From the sequence record SRR20825019_2329: a stretch of DNA of 57,020 nucleotides; one strand, 5' to 3'. How positions within the stretch are numbered: position 1 is the stretch's first letter; each line of letters starts with the position of its first letter. This document shows positions 10,705-20,239 of the stretch, in pieces. The notes under the pieces were generated by a model. It was not told the origin of the DNA, searched no databases, and saw nothing but the letters and a program-made list of their open reading frames with translations. Made by a program: the position numbers and the translations under genes.

Positions 10705-12633
10705 ATGATACGGAAAACACTGGCGCTTTTTACAGCGCTTCTGATGAGTTTTAGCCTTCCTGTTTATGCACAGGATGAAACATCCAGCGTTGCGGCAGAT
10801 GCAGCAGATATAACTGCCGCGCCTGCAGAAGCATTTGAGGGTCTGGAAAGCTTTATTGACGGTATGGTGGAAAGCCATCGGAAGACACTCGAAATCTCCG
10901 GCGTAACGGTTTCTATCGTGAAGGACGGCCAGCTTATTTTAGCCAAGGGCTACGGTATGCAGGACATCGACAAGGGTATTCCAGTCGATCCTGAAACATC
11001 CCTTTTCCGTATTGGTTCAACATCAAAGCTCTTTACCTGGACATCGGTGATGCAACAGGTGGAGCGAGGCAACATTGATCTCGACGCAGATGTGAACACC
11101 TACCTTAAAACCTTCCAGATTCCGGCAACCTATGACAAGCCCATCACGATGCGGCATATCCTCACCCACACAGCGGGTTTTGAGGAAGGCGCTCTCGGGT
11201 ATCTGATTAACTATGACATCAACAATATAACCCAGTTGCGGGACGCGATGTCGACCTATATTCCTGCACGCATTAATCCTCCGGGCAAATATTCGTCCTA
11301 CTCCAACTACGCTACAGCCCTTGCGGGTCTTATCGTTGCGAACGTTTCTGGCCTTCCATTCAATGAGTATGTTGAACAGAACATCTACGAACCGCTGGGC
11401 ATGACACAGTCAACCTTCGCGGAGCCGCTGCCGGAGCGTCTGGCTGGTGGACAGACGATGGGTTACCTGCGCGAAGCAGGTATACAAACGGCGCAACCCT
11501 ATGAGCTAATCACAGGGTTTGGCCCCGCTGGCGCGATGGCATCTTCCGCCACGGATATGGCGAAATTTATGCTGGCCCACCTCAACGCGGGCGAATTGAA
11601 CGGCAATCGCATACTTAAGGCCGAAACGGCTGAGCAAATGCATTCGGTAATATTCCAGGGTGATAAGCGCCTCGGGGGCATGGCGCACGGGTTCTATGAG
11701 GAATACATCAATGGCCACCGGCTTATTGGCCATGGTGGCGACACTTTCCAGTTCCACACCAATATGCTCATTGATGAGGCGGAGGAGCTTGGTATTTTTA
11801 TCTCTTACGCCACACCGTCTGACACCAAGGGGCGTGATACGTTCATTGAGACCTTCTACGATCACTACTATCCGGAAGAGTTTGAGGCTATCACGCCGCC
11901 TGCGGACTTCGATGAACGTGCAGCTAAATATGCCGGCAGCTACAGGTTTTGGCGTCACAATGAAACCACAATAGAGAAAGCTATGGCCATCATGGGTGGT
12001 GGGCTTGAGGTTGCGCCATCCGGTAAGGGCACTCTCGTGTTTGCAGGTTTTGGTACGCCGCGACAGTATGTGGAAATTGGCGAGAACCTGTTTCGTCAGG
12101 TTGATGGCAAACACATGATCGCCTTTGGTGAAAATGAGAGCGGTGAGATTGCGGACCTCTATATCGAGGGCCTGCCCTTTATGAATGCGAGCCGCACGCC
12201 AGCTTTTGAAGGTAGTCTTTTCAAGATGTTGCTGCCGCTGGTTTGTTTTATCCTGTTTCTCACGGTTTTTGTGGGATGGCTGTATCGCCGCAAGGAATAC
12301 AAGGCCATGGAAGCGGCTGAGCGTACAGCAATCCGCTTCTCTATGGCGATGGCCGGAGCGAACCTGCTGTTCGTCATTTTCCTCGGCCTGATCATATCCA
12401 CCTACAAGATGGAATTGTTCCAGAATATTCCGTTTATCTTTGATCTCAACCTGATGCTTCCCATTGTTGCATCGCTCTTGACCATCGGTGTGCTGTATCA
12501 CGCGGTTCAGGCGTGGCGGCAGGGTTACTGGCGTACAGGGCGGCGTATTCATTACACGCTCATCGCGCTCACGGCCCTTTATATGACCATCTACTACAAT
12601 TATTGGAACATTCTGGGCTTCCAGCACTACTAG
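10705..12633 (+). CDS. Serine hydrolase (beta-lactamase/D-peptidase fold) with C-terminal transmembrane helices
   Basis: Signal peptide; FRIGSTSK (SxxK), LTHTAG, YSN, HGG; about 4 C-terminal TM segments. Confidence 0.88.
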   Translation: MIRKTLALFTALLMSFSLPVYAQDETSSVAADAADITAAPAEAFEGLESFIDGMVESHRKTLEISGVTVSIVKDGQLILAKGYGMQDIDKGIPVDPETSLFRIGSTSKLFTWTSVMQQVERGNIDLDADVNTYLKTFQIPATYDKPITMRHILTHTAGFEEGALGYLINYDINNITQLRDAMSTYIPARINPPGKYSSYSNYATALAGLIVANVSGLPFNEYVEQNIYEPLGMTQSTFAEPLPERLAGGQTMGYLREAGIQTAQPYELITGFGPAGAMASSATDMAKFMLAHLNAGELNGNRILKAETAEQMHSVIFQGDKRLGGMAHGFYEEYINGHRLIGHGGDTFQFHTNMLIDEAEELGIFISYATPSDTKGRDTFIETFYDHYYPEEFEAITPPADFDERAAKYAGSYRFWRHNETTIEKAMAIMGGGLEVAPSGKGTLVFAGFGTPRQYVEIGENLFRQVDGKHMIAFGENESGEIADLYIEGLPFMNASRTPAFEGSLFKMLLPLVCFILFLTVFVGWLYRRKEYKAMEAAERTAIRFSMAMAGANLLFVIFLGLIISTYKMELFQNIPFIFDLNLMLPIVASLLTIGVLYHAVQAWRQGYWRTGRRIHYTLIALTALYMTIYYNYWNILGFQHY

Positions 12634-12657
12634 GCGACAAGGAAAGGAACAGAGGCA

Positions 12658-13830
12658 ATGACACAGTCAAAATTTAATCGTCGATCCTTCCTGCGCGGGG
12701 TAGGCGTGGCTGGGGCCGCAGCGGTGGCCATGCCCATGATCAACATGGGCAGCTTCCAGGTGTTTGCAGGCGACGAGACCAAATACAGCGGGCGAGCCAT
12801 TGATGTGGTGAATTCGGTGCAGGTGTTCGACATGCTGTCGATCCTCTCCCCTTTCAAACATATGATGACGTCTGCGTTCAGTAAAAACCCGATGCTTTCA
12901 GATGCGTTTGAATTGCAGCGGGACGAGCTTGATGTTCTCTTGGCTTCTGGCGTGGATGTTTTTCATCCAGCCGTCGGGCTAGGCGGTGACGAGGCTGCGG
13001 GTTTCATTGCCCGCATGAATGCTTATGCTGCTGAGTATCCCGAACACCTTCAACGCATTGACAGCCTTGAAGATATCAAGACTCTGAAAAAGGGTGAGCG
13101 TATCGGGTATATTTTGGGTATCCAGAACTCTGACCATTTCCGCAGCGTTGATGACGTAAACCAGTTCTATTACATGGGGCAGCGTATCAGCCAGTTGACG
13201 TATAATAGCCAGAACCTCATTGGCTCAGGTTCAACCGATAGGGTCGACGGCGGCATCAGCGACTTCGGTGCGGCCGTTGTCGCGCGCATGAACGAACTTG
13301 GCATGGCAGTGGACGTTTCCCACTGCGGTGACCAAACCACGCTGGATGCGTTTGAGCTATCAAAAAAACCGGTACTTATCACCCATTCCAACGTGCGAGC
13401 ATTGGCGGAAGGCCATGTGCGTTGCAAGTCGGACGATGCTATCAAAGCAATGGGTAAAGCCGGCAGCGTGATGGGCATTACGGGGGTTAGAAACTTCCTC
13501 TCCGCCAAGGAACCAACCACTATCGAGACGCTTGTCGATCATGTCGATTATATCGCGAAACTGGTGGGTATTGAGCATGTGGGAGTAGGTTCGGACATGG
13601 ATATGAACGGCTATGACGACATCCCTGAGCCCGCCTATAGCGCACTCAAGGCCGGGTATAAATCCAGCTACGGTTTCCGCGACAAGATTGATGCAGACGG
13701 TTTTGATCATCCAAAACGTATCTTCGATTTGGCAGAAAGCATGATTGCGCGCGGTTACACGGACGATCATATCCGGCTTGTGCTTGGTGATAACTTCAAG
13801 CGGGTGCTGGGCGACATCTGGGTCGCTTAA
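12658..13830 (+). CDS. Tat-exported membrane dipeptidase (peptidase M19) family protein
   Basis: NRRSFLR Tat motif; QLTYN, DVSH, THSN, GSD. Confidence 0.85.
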   Translation: MTQSKFNRRSFLRGVGVAGAAAVAMPMINMGSFQVFAGDETKYSGRAIDVVNSVQVFDMLSILSPFKHMMTSAFSKNPMLSDAFELQRDELDVLLASGVDVFHPAVGLGGDEAAGFIARMNAYAAEYPEHLQRIDSLEDIKTLKKGERIGYILGIQNSDHFRSVDDVNQFYYMGQRISQLTYNSQNLIGSGSTDRVDGGISDFGAAVVARMNELGMAVDVSHCGDQTTLDAFELSKKPVLITHSNVRALAEGHVRCKSDDAIKAMGKAGSVMGITGVRNFLSAKEPTTIETLVDHVDYIAKLVGIEHVGVGSDMDMNGYDDIPEPAYSALKAGYKSSYGFRDKIDADGFDHPKRIFDLAESMIARGYTDDHIRLVLGDNFKRVLGDIWVA

Positions 13831-13832
13831 AC

Positions 13833-15410
13833 ATGAGGGCCGAGGGCGATATGACGGGACCATTTGAAATCTTGGTGTTTGGCATCCTGCTTGTCGCCCT
13901 TGTGCTTAGCTTTCTGCCAAAGAAACACTTCGCCCGCGCGGCCTTCATTGCTTCGGGTATTGCGTTTGCGGGTTTCGTTGCGGTTTCCACATTCGGTACA
14001 CCACGTGGGCCGCTTGTGCCTGGCGCGCTTCTGGCACTTATTCTGGCTTTCGTGACTTTCTGCCGGCTTGAATACCCTAAACCAAACAATTGGCGGCGAC
14101 GCAGTGTGTTTGGTGTCTATATAGCGCTCTCAAGCGCCTTGGCGGTTATTGCCATTATATTGCCGATCGGCTTTCCGGTTTTTGAGCCGCCTGCGCCGGC
14201 GGGGCCTTACGCAGTTGGCTATGCCCGGTCGGTTATCCCAGATGACAGCAGACTTGAAGCCGCGACGGAAGACGCAGGCGATCACCGCGAACTGCCGGTT
14301 CAAGTATGGTATCCGGCGAAGGTGCCTGAGGGTGAGGAAGCGCTGCCTTTCATTCCAGACAGCGAGCAAGCCGCACACCTGATGGGAGACAACCTTGGTC
14401 TGCCGCTTGGTTTTTTTGACTATCTTGAGGATATAAGAGGGTACAGCTATCAGAATGCGCTGGTTGCTGCGCATGGTAGCCGCTTCCCTGTATTGGTTTT
14501 CAGCCATGGTTTCGGTTCAATTGGCGCGCAAAACACCCTGCTGATGGAACATCTGGCAAGCTTTGGCTATGTGGTTTTCTCGCTTGAGCACCCCTTTCAG
14601 GCGGCTTGGGTGCGCTTGGGTGACGAGCGCACGGCGACCTTTGATCCGAAGGGCTTCCGCGATGTGGAGATGCCCGAGGGGGAGACCGAGGGTCTTATCG
14701 ATACAATCGTGCAGATGGCTGATGCGGAAGACTACAATAGTTACCTTGGCCATGTTTCTGATCTTATCAACAATCAGGCGAGTTTTATTACCGGGCTCAG
14801 ACTATGGACCGACGACACGGTGTTCTTTCTCGACCAGTTGCAGGCAGGGGAGATTCCGGAATTTTCTAGTCTTTATCGCTCCATGGATATGGACAGACTT
14901 GGCATTTTTGGCATGTCTTACGGAGGTGCTGCAGCAGGCATGGTGTGCCTGACCGATACACGATGTAAAGCGGGCATTAATATGGACGGCTTGCAGTTCG
15001 GCGAACACGATATGACATTTCCGATCAGCCGTCCCTTCATGATCATGAATTCAGATGCAAACCTATTCAAAGACCCGGATGACCGCCACGGGCCAGCTAA
15101 ATTCAAGACGAATGATTTTGTATATCGACAGGCAGTGGGGCCAATTTACAGCCTAACCGTTGGTGGTGCACACCACATGAACTACAGCGATTTTGCCCAT
15201 CTGATGCCATTAGCCAAACAGTTTGGAATGTTTGGACCGGTGTCTTCGGATGCCATGAATCGCATCATGAACGACTATGTGAAGGGTTTCTTTGATCGCC
15301 ACCTTAAAGGTGAGGCCGCGCCGATCCTTGACGGCGCGTCCTTAGAACACCCTGATGTACTGGAATTCGTCCACCGGAACGTGGATGAGGGGACACTTGT
15401 CAGCGAGTGA
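13833..15410 (+). CDS. Membrane-anchored alpha/beta hydrolase (PAF-acetylhydrolase-like)
   Basis: N-terminal TM segments; GPYAVG, VQVWYP, FSHG, GMSYGG nucleophile elbow, NMDG, AHHMNYSD. Confidence 0.8.
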   Translation: MRAEGDMTGPFEILVFGILLVALVLSFLPKKHFARAAFIASGIAFAGFVAVSTFGTPRGPLVPGALLALILAFVTFCRLEYPKPNNWRRRSVFGVYIALSSALAVIAIILPIGFPVFEPPAPAGPYAVGYARSVIPDDSRLEAATEDAGDHRELPVQVWYPAKVPEGEEALPFIPDSEQAAHLMGDNLGLPLGFFDYLEDIRGYSYQNALVAAHGSRFPVLVFSHGFGSIGAQNTLLMEHLASFGYVVFSLEHPFQAAWVRLGDERTATFDPKGFRDVEMPEGETEGLIDTIVQMADAEDYNSYLGHVSDLINNQASFITGLRLWTDDTVFFLDQLQAGEIPEFSSLYRSMDMDRLGIFGMSYGGAAAGMVCLTDTRCKAGINMDGLQFGEHDMTFPISRPFMIMNSDANLFKDPDDRHGPAKFKTNDFVYRQAVGPIYSLTVGGAHHMNYSDFAHLMPLAKQFGMFGPVSSDAMNRIMNDYVKGFFDRHLKGEAAPILDGASLEHPDVLEFVHRNVDEGTLVSE

Positions 15411-15432
15411 CAACTGAAGGAGGGAGAGAATA

Positions 15433-17340
15433 ATGTTTAGGAATAGGGGACAATGGGGCTTGGGCAGGCTGGCGGCAACGCTGGGGCTTTCTATGCTTCT
15501 GGGGCTTGGAGCCCAGGCGGGTACACCAGACCTTGATGACGAAGAAGAGGTTGAGGCTTTTGTCGACGGGGTTGTTAAGCCTTTGATGCAGAAGGAGCAT
15601 AGCCCGTCTGGCATTGTTGCCGTGATGAAGGATGACAAAATCATCTTCCAGAAGGGTTATGGCTATATCGACGTTGAAAAACGCATCCCGGTGGATGCCG
15701 AAACCAGCATGTTCCGCCCGGGCTCAATTTCGAAACTGTTTACATGGGTGTCTGTTATGCAGCTTGCCGAACAGGGCAAACTGGATATCGACACGGACGT
15801 GAACGAATATGTCACTCAGTTCAAGATCGAAGATACTTTCCCTGGCAAGCCGATTACACTCAGGCACATCCTGACCCATACACCGGGTTTTGAAGACGGC
15901 GCGCTCGGATATCTGATCATCAACGATGTTGACCGGATCATGCCCCTCGCAGAGGCGCTGGAGAAGTACCAGCCTGAGCGTGTGGTGGAGCCGGGCACAC
16001 GTGTTGCCTACTCTAACTGGGCAACGGCCCTGGCGGGCCTGATCGTGGCCAATGTATCAGGCGAAGATTTCAACACCTATGTTGATAACCATATCTTCAA
16101 GCCGTTGGGCATGACCCATTCCACTTTTAGGGAGCCGCTTCCCGCTGAGCTGGAGCCTTTTATGGCGAAGGCCTATACCTATGGAGCTGGCAAATACAAG
16201 GAAACACCGTACGAGATCATTACCAATTTTGGCCCGGCTGGTGCGGCTGCGGTATCGGCGCCTGACATGGCGAAGTTTGCTCGTGCTCTTCTGAACGGCG
16301 GCGAGTATGACGGTGTGCGCATCCTCAAAGAGGAGACGCTCAATCAGATGCTTAATGAGGGCTTTTCCCATGACCCACGCGCGCGTGGTACCGGGCTTGG
16401 TTTCCTGAAGCGTGATTTTGGCGGACCCGAGTTCGAGAATTTCGGTCATGACGGTGGCACTACCATCTTTATCTCACATTTCGGACTTTCAATCCCGAAT
16501 GATTTTATGCTGTTCTCTAGCTTCTCCGGCCCAGGTGCGGGGCCTGTGCATCAGGCGTTTGTGGAAAACTTCTATGACGAGTTTTTCCCGCAAGATCTTC
16601 CTTATATTGAACCGTCGGCTGATTTCCAGTCACGCGGCCAGAAATATGCCGGTACTTATGTATCTTCTCGCAACAGCCACACCAAAGTGGAAAGCATCCT
16701 GCGTGGTCTCGGTAGTGTGAATGTGGCGGTGATGCCAGACAACACGCTGATGATTGGCGAAACACGCTACGTTGAAGTGGGCGACAATGTCTTCCGTCAA
16801 GTGGATGATAACGATCAGGTGATCTTCCAGGAAAACGAAGCAGGTGAAATCACCGGTTATGTGCTCGACGGTATGGGTGTGATGCAGTTTTACCCAGCCA
16901 AATTTTATGAAACCAAGGGCTACATCAGCACGGTGCTTGGTCTTTCGCTTCTGGTCTTTGTCGGGGTGTTTGTGCGCCTTGCTTTGCAGTGGGCACGTTT
17001 CCGCGCTTGTGAGGGGCAGGCCAAGAATGCCTACCGCGCGACCCTTGTGGTGGCGGGTGCGAACATACTCTTCTTTGTCTTTATCGGCATTACGCTGATG
17101 GGCGGTATGCAGCAGTTGTTCTACTCAATACCCGGCACACTCAAGTTCGCTTTTGTGTTCCCCATCGTGGCACTTCTGGCGACGCTCTATCACCTCTACA
17201 CAACATTCCTTGTGTGGCGGGATGGTCTTTTTGAAGGGGTTTGGCCGCGTATACGCCACTCCCTTTTGGCGTTTTTTGCCGTGCTGATGATTACCTTCTA
17301 CCACACGTGGAATTTTATCGGCTTCAACTATTTCGCCTAG
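15433..17340 (+). CDS. Serine hydrolase (beta-lactamase/D-peptidase fold), paralogue of 10705-12633
   Basis: FRPGSISK, LTHTPG, YSN, HDG; C-terminal TM segments. Confidence 0.88.
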   Translation: MFRNRGQWGLGRLAATLGLSMLLGLGAQAGTPDLDDEEEVEAFVDGVVKPLMQKEHSPSGIVAVMKDDKIIFQKGYGYIDVEKRIPVDAETSMFRPGSISKLFTWVSVMQLAEQGKLDIDTDVNEYVTQFKIEDTFPGKPITLRHILTHTPGFEDGALGYLIINDVDRIMPLAEALEKYQPERVVEPGTRVAYSNWATALAGLIVANVSGEDFNTYVDNHIFKPLGMTHSTFREPLPAELEPFMAKAYTYGAGKYKETPYEIITNFGPAGAAAVSAPDMAKFARALLNGGEYDGVRILKEETLNQMLNEGFSHDPRARGTGLGFLKRDFGGPEFENFGHDGGTTIFISHFGLSIPNDFMLFSSFSGPGAGPVHQAFVENFYDEFFPQDLPYIEPSADFQSRGQKYAGTYVSSRNSHTKVESILRGLGSVNVAVMPDNTLMIGETRYVEVGDNVFRQVDDNDQVIFQENEAGEITGYVLDGMGVMQFYPAKFYETKGYISTVLGLSLLVFVGVFVRLALQWARFRACEGQAKNAYRATLVVAGANILFFVFIGITLMGGMQQLFYSIPGTLKFAFVFPIVALLATLYHLYTTFLVWRDGLFEGVWPRIRHSLLAFFAVLMITFYHTWNFIGFNYFA

Positions 17341-17363
17341 AATCTGCGGCGCATAAAATATGG

Positions 17364-17402
17364 GAAAGGGGTGCCGTGAAGTACGGCGCCCCTTTCTTCT
17401 TT
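17364..17402 (+). terminator. Rho-independent terminator closing the D-amino-acid operon
   Basis: GAAAGGGGTGCCGT-GAAGT-ACGGCGCCCCTTTC followed by a T-rich tail. Confidence 0.8.
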
Positions 17403-17407
17403 CTGGA

Positions 17408-18076
17408 CTATTTCTTGAAATATTCTTCGGCTTCCGGGTATTCGTCGGAGAGGAAAATGAACCACTCTACAAGCTGTTGCTGTTGTGCATATTGCCGCGT
17501 TTTTTTCTTGTTCCAGCGATATGCCATGCCGAGTTGGTCCTTAAGAAGAGCAATGTCGTCGTCGTTTAGGTGATCATATAAAATGATACCCATATGCACG
17601 CGCTGAATGAGAATGAAGGGCTCGAACCGTGCAGTGGCTATTGAGAGGCGCCAAGCCTCTACCGCGTTAGGATAGAAGCTCTCGCCAAGTATTATATTCG
17701 CAGATGTCACTCGGGCCCATGAAAAGGTGTTAAGGGGTGCCATGTCGAGTCCGGTTTTGGCAGTTTCGATCGACTTCTTGGCAAAATATTCACGCTTTTC
17801 AGTCGTGGTGGCACGTCGTGCACGCACAAGGTAGGAGGCAGCCAAATCACTGTAGGCGTCAGGAAGCTCCACAAATTCCAGGGCCTGCAGGCGCGATTCC
17901 TCGAGTATATCCAAATCCTCATCGCTTACCGTCTCACCTCGTGAGACACGTTCATGGATTGGCGTACCGGGCACAAGCATCAGTTCATGCAGAAAGCGTG
18001 GTACGCCAACGACAAGGAGCGTGATGCTTGAAACAAGCATGAATGCGGGCAAAAAATATTGCTTAATCTTTTCCAT
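17408..18076 (-). CDS. Hypothetical protein with N-terminal membrane anchor and TPR-like helices
   Basis: Long ORF with hydrophobic N-terminus and helical repeats; start could also be 18091. Confidence 0.65.
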   Translation of the reverse strand: MEKIKQYFLPAFMLVSSITLLVVGVPRFLHELMLVPGTPIHERVSRGETVSDEDLDILEESRLQALEFVELPDAYSDLAASYLVRARRATTTEKREYFAKKSIETAKTGLDMAPLNTFSWARVTSANIILGESFYPNAVEAWRLSIATARFEPFILIQRVHMGIILYDHLNDDDIALLKDQLGMAYRWNKKKTRQYAQQQQLVEWFIFLSDEYPEAEEYFKK

Positions 18077-18164
18077 AACCGTCCCGGGCATCCTTAGTCA
18101 TCACTTGGTTTCGCTGGAATTTAGTGGGGCGGTCAGCAGAAGGCAACAACGCTTTCAGTAAACC

Positions 18165-18662
18165 CTAGGGAGATACATTGGTCGGGTCTGCAATTTCTGT
18201 CTGAATATCGACGTCGGAGGGTGCTGAAATTACGACTTTGAAGCGGGCGTCGGTGTGCCAGAAATCACCTCGCCCATCGGTAGGTGGTAGGCATTCCTTG
18301 TGTAACCACAGCGGCAGTTTGACGGCGTAGTGATCTTTAATCTTTAGGTTGGGGCCGTCATGCTCCAGTGTCAGGTTTGCGGACCAGACTTGTTTGCTAC
18401 CCTCGACAGTAGCAGTAACCATGATCTTAGGTTCCGAGGTATCTAAAACCTCAACCCCGCCGCGTATGATATCGATATGAATTGTTTCAACAGTAGCAGC
18501 GTCAGCGGACCACGACCAGGACCGCGCAGGATTGTCGGCCTGAACAGTAGCTCCGAGCAATGCCGCTGCCAGTAGAGCTATGGCACTAAGCGCAATCCAG
18601 TTCTGCGGTTTAAAGCTGCCGTCAAATCGTGCGGGTTGATATGTTTTCACTGTGCTCTCCAT
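18165..18662 (-). CDS. Hypothetical exported protein (beta-strand rich)
   Basis: 165-aa ORF with signal-peptide-like segment ending in VQA. Confidence 0.55.
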   Translation of the reverse strand: MESTVKTYQPARFDGSFKPQNWIALSAIALLAAALLGATVQADNPARSWSWSADAATVETIHIDIIRGGVEVLDTSEPKIMVTATVEGSKQVWSANLTLEHDGPNLKIKDHYAVKLPLWLHKECLPPTDGRGDFWHTDARFKVVISAPSDVDIQTEIADPTNVSP

Positions 18663-18743
18663 CCTTGTGCTGGAGCAAAGTAGGGATGGAGAGAAGCGGT
18701 GGCACTCTGCTTCTTGCGCTTGAATTAATTTCAGCGGATTACT

Positions 18744-19625
18744 CTACTCTGCAGGCTTGAGAGCGGTAGGGTTTCGCCCGCTCATCTGGTTAATTGCCAG
18801 CCCCGTGATCACTAACGCTGCAGCGAGCAGCCTTAGAGGGCCAAATTCCTCCCCCAGCAAGAGTGCGGAAAAAGTCATGCCGAAAATGGGTACGAGAAGA
18901 GAGTAGGGCGCTACCTTGCCTGCGCCGTATAGGTTAATCAGCTTTCCCCAGACAGCAAAACCAAAAATGGTTGCTACAAAGGCGATATAGACCGTGGCCC
19001 CTACGCCCTCAAGCCGAAGGTTCAGAAAAGCTACGGTGATTGCCTCCTGTCCTTCAAACATGAACGAAAGGGCAAAGAGCGGGATAGGAGGTATCACACT
19101 CACCCAAACCATCAGGCTCAACATGTCGACAGGCCCGGCCTTCTTCATAATGAGGTTAGAGCAGGCCCAAGCGAGCGCCGCCGCTATCGCAAGTGCGAAG
19201 CCGAGGGCTGACAGGTCCCCTCCAACGGTTGACGCTACCAGTGCGATACCCGAGAAAGCCACAAACATGCCTGCCAGTTGCCCGCCCGTGGGACGTTCGC
19301 CCAACAGCAGCGCGGCGAGAATGATGGTGAAGAAGGCTTGTGTCTGTAATACCAGCGATGCGAGGCCTGCTGACAAGCCCATATCCATGCCAATGAACAG
19401 AAGCGAGAACTTCACAACACCCAGCATGCCGCCGATTCCTAAGATGATGCTCCACGGCACATCTGGTTTGCGGACAAAAAAGATAAGCGGCACAGCAGCG
19501 AGTGTAAAACGGAGTGCCGAGAACAGCAGTGGCGGAAAATCACCGATGCCGATGTGGATGACGACAAAGTTAAACCCCCATGCCGCTGCGACGAGGGTTG
19601 CCAGCAAGGTATGGCGAAGTGGCAT
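18744..19625 (-). CDS. EamA/DMT-family exporter
   Basis: AWGFNF, LRF and LLLGEE motifs; 10 TM. Confidence 0.92.
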   Translation of the reverse strand: MPLRHTLLATLVAAAWGFNFVVIHIGIGDFPPLLFSALRFTLAAVPLIFFVRKPDVPWSIILGIGGMLGVVKFSLLFIGMDMGLSAGLASLVLQTQAFFTIILAALLLGERPTGGQLAGMFVAFSGIALVASTVGGDLSALGFALAIAAALAWACSNLIMKKAGPVDMLSLMVWVSVIPPIPLFALSFMFEGQEAITVAFLNLRLEGVGATVYIAFVATIFGFAVWGKLINLYGAGKVAPYSLLVPIFGMTFSALLLGEEFGPLRLLAAALVITGLAINQMSGRNPTALKPAE

Positions 19626-19647
19626 GCTTCTGCTCCTGATTGACTTG

Positions 19648-19676
19648 TGACGTAACTACTATTAAAGGTTACATCA
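19648..19676. promoter_or_regulatory. Inverted repeat, likely operator between eamA and the CGNR regulator
   Basis: TGACGTAAC-N11-GTTACATCA (8/9 match) in the 50-bp divergent spacer. Confidence 0.55.
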
Positions 19677-20233
19677 TGACAAGAAGAAATTTTGAGACCT
19701 GCAGTGGTGCCTCGAGCCTTGACCTCGTTGATACGGTTGCTGACCGATTTGGTCAGGCAGCGGATCTGCTTGCCACTCCATCAGACCTCGATCGTTGGTT
19801 TGGGGTGGTGTTTGGGAGGCTCGGTATTCAGGTCACATCTACAGGGAGCGACCTCAGGAGCGCGCGTGAGCTCAGGGAAGCTATTTATAGAAGCGCGAAG
19901 GCCGTTATGTCTGACACAGCGCCTGCGCCAGCGGATGTGCGGCTGATTAACCAGCTCGCACAGTTGCCGAAACCCGTGCCGCAGCTCAAAGGCGGCGCAG
20001 TGGCCTATGAAGCTGATGCGCCAGCCAGAGCAATGTTTGCCTTGTTGGCGGCAGATGCGATCATCCTTCTCTCCCGCGATAACGCAGCCCGCTTGCGCAG
20101 TTGCCCAGAGTGTCAGATGATTTTTTTTGACAATTCCCGACCGGGGCGGCGGATATGGTGCTCGAGCGCAAAAGGCTGTGGCAACAGGGCGAAGGTACGG
20201 CGACACCGGGCGCGGAAGGCTGAGGCTAATTGA
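19676..20233 (+). CDS. ABATE/CGNR zinc-finger domain protein (putative regulator)
   Basis: LDLVDT, RLRSCPEC...FFDNSR...WCSSAKGCGNRAKVRRHR. Confidence 0.9.
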   Translation: MTRRNFETCSGASSLDLVDTVADRFGQAADLLATPSDLDRWFGVVFGRLGIQVTSTGSDLRSARELREAIYRSAKAVMSDTAPAPADVRLINQLAQLPKPVPQLKGGAVAYEADAPARAMFALLAADAIILLSRDNAARLRSCPECQMIFFDNSRPGRRIWCSSAKGCGNRAKVRRHRARKAEAN

Positions 20234-20239
20234 GTTCAC

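Noticed and set aside
11506-12627. 373-aa antisense ORF
   Set aside because: Shadow of a well-supported + strand gene; no recognisable motifs
10705-17340. Class C beta-lactamase resistance genes
   Set aside because: They share only the SxxK/YxN fold; HGG/HDG replaces KTG, and the TM tails and catabolic context point to peptidases
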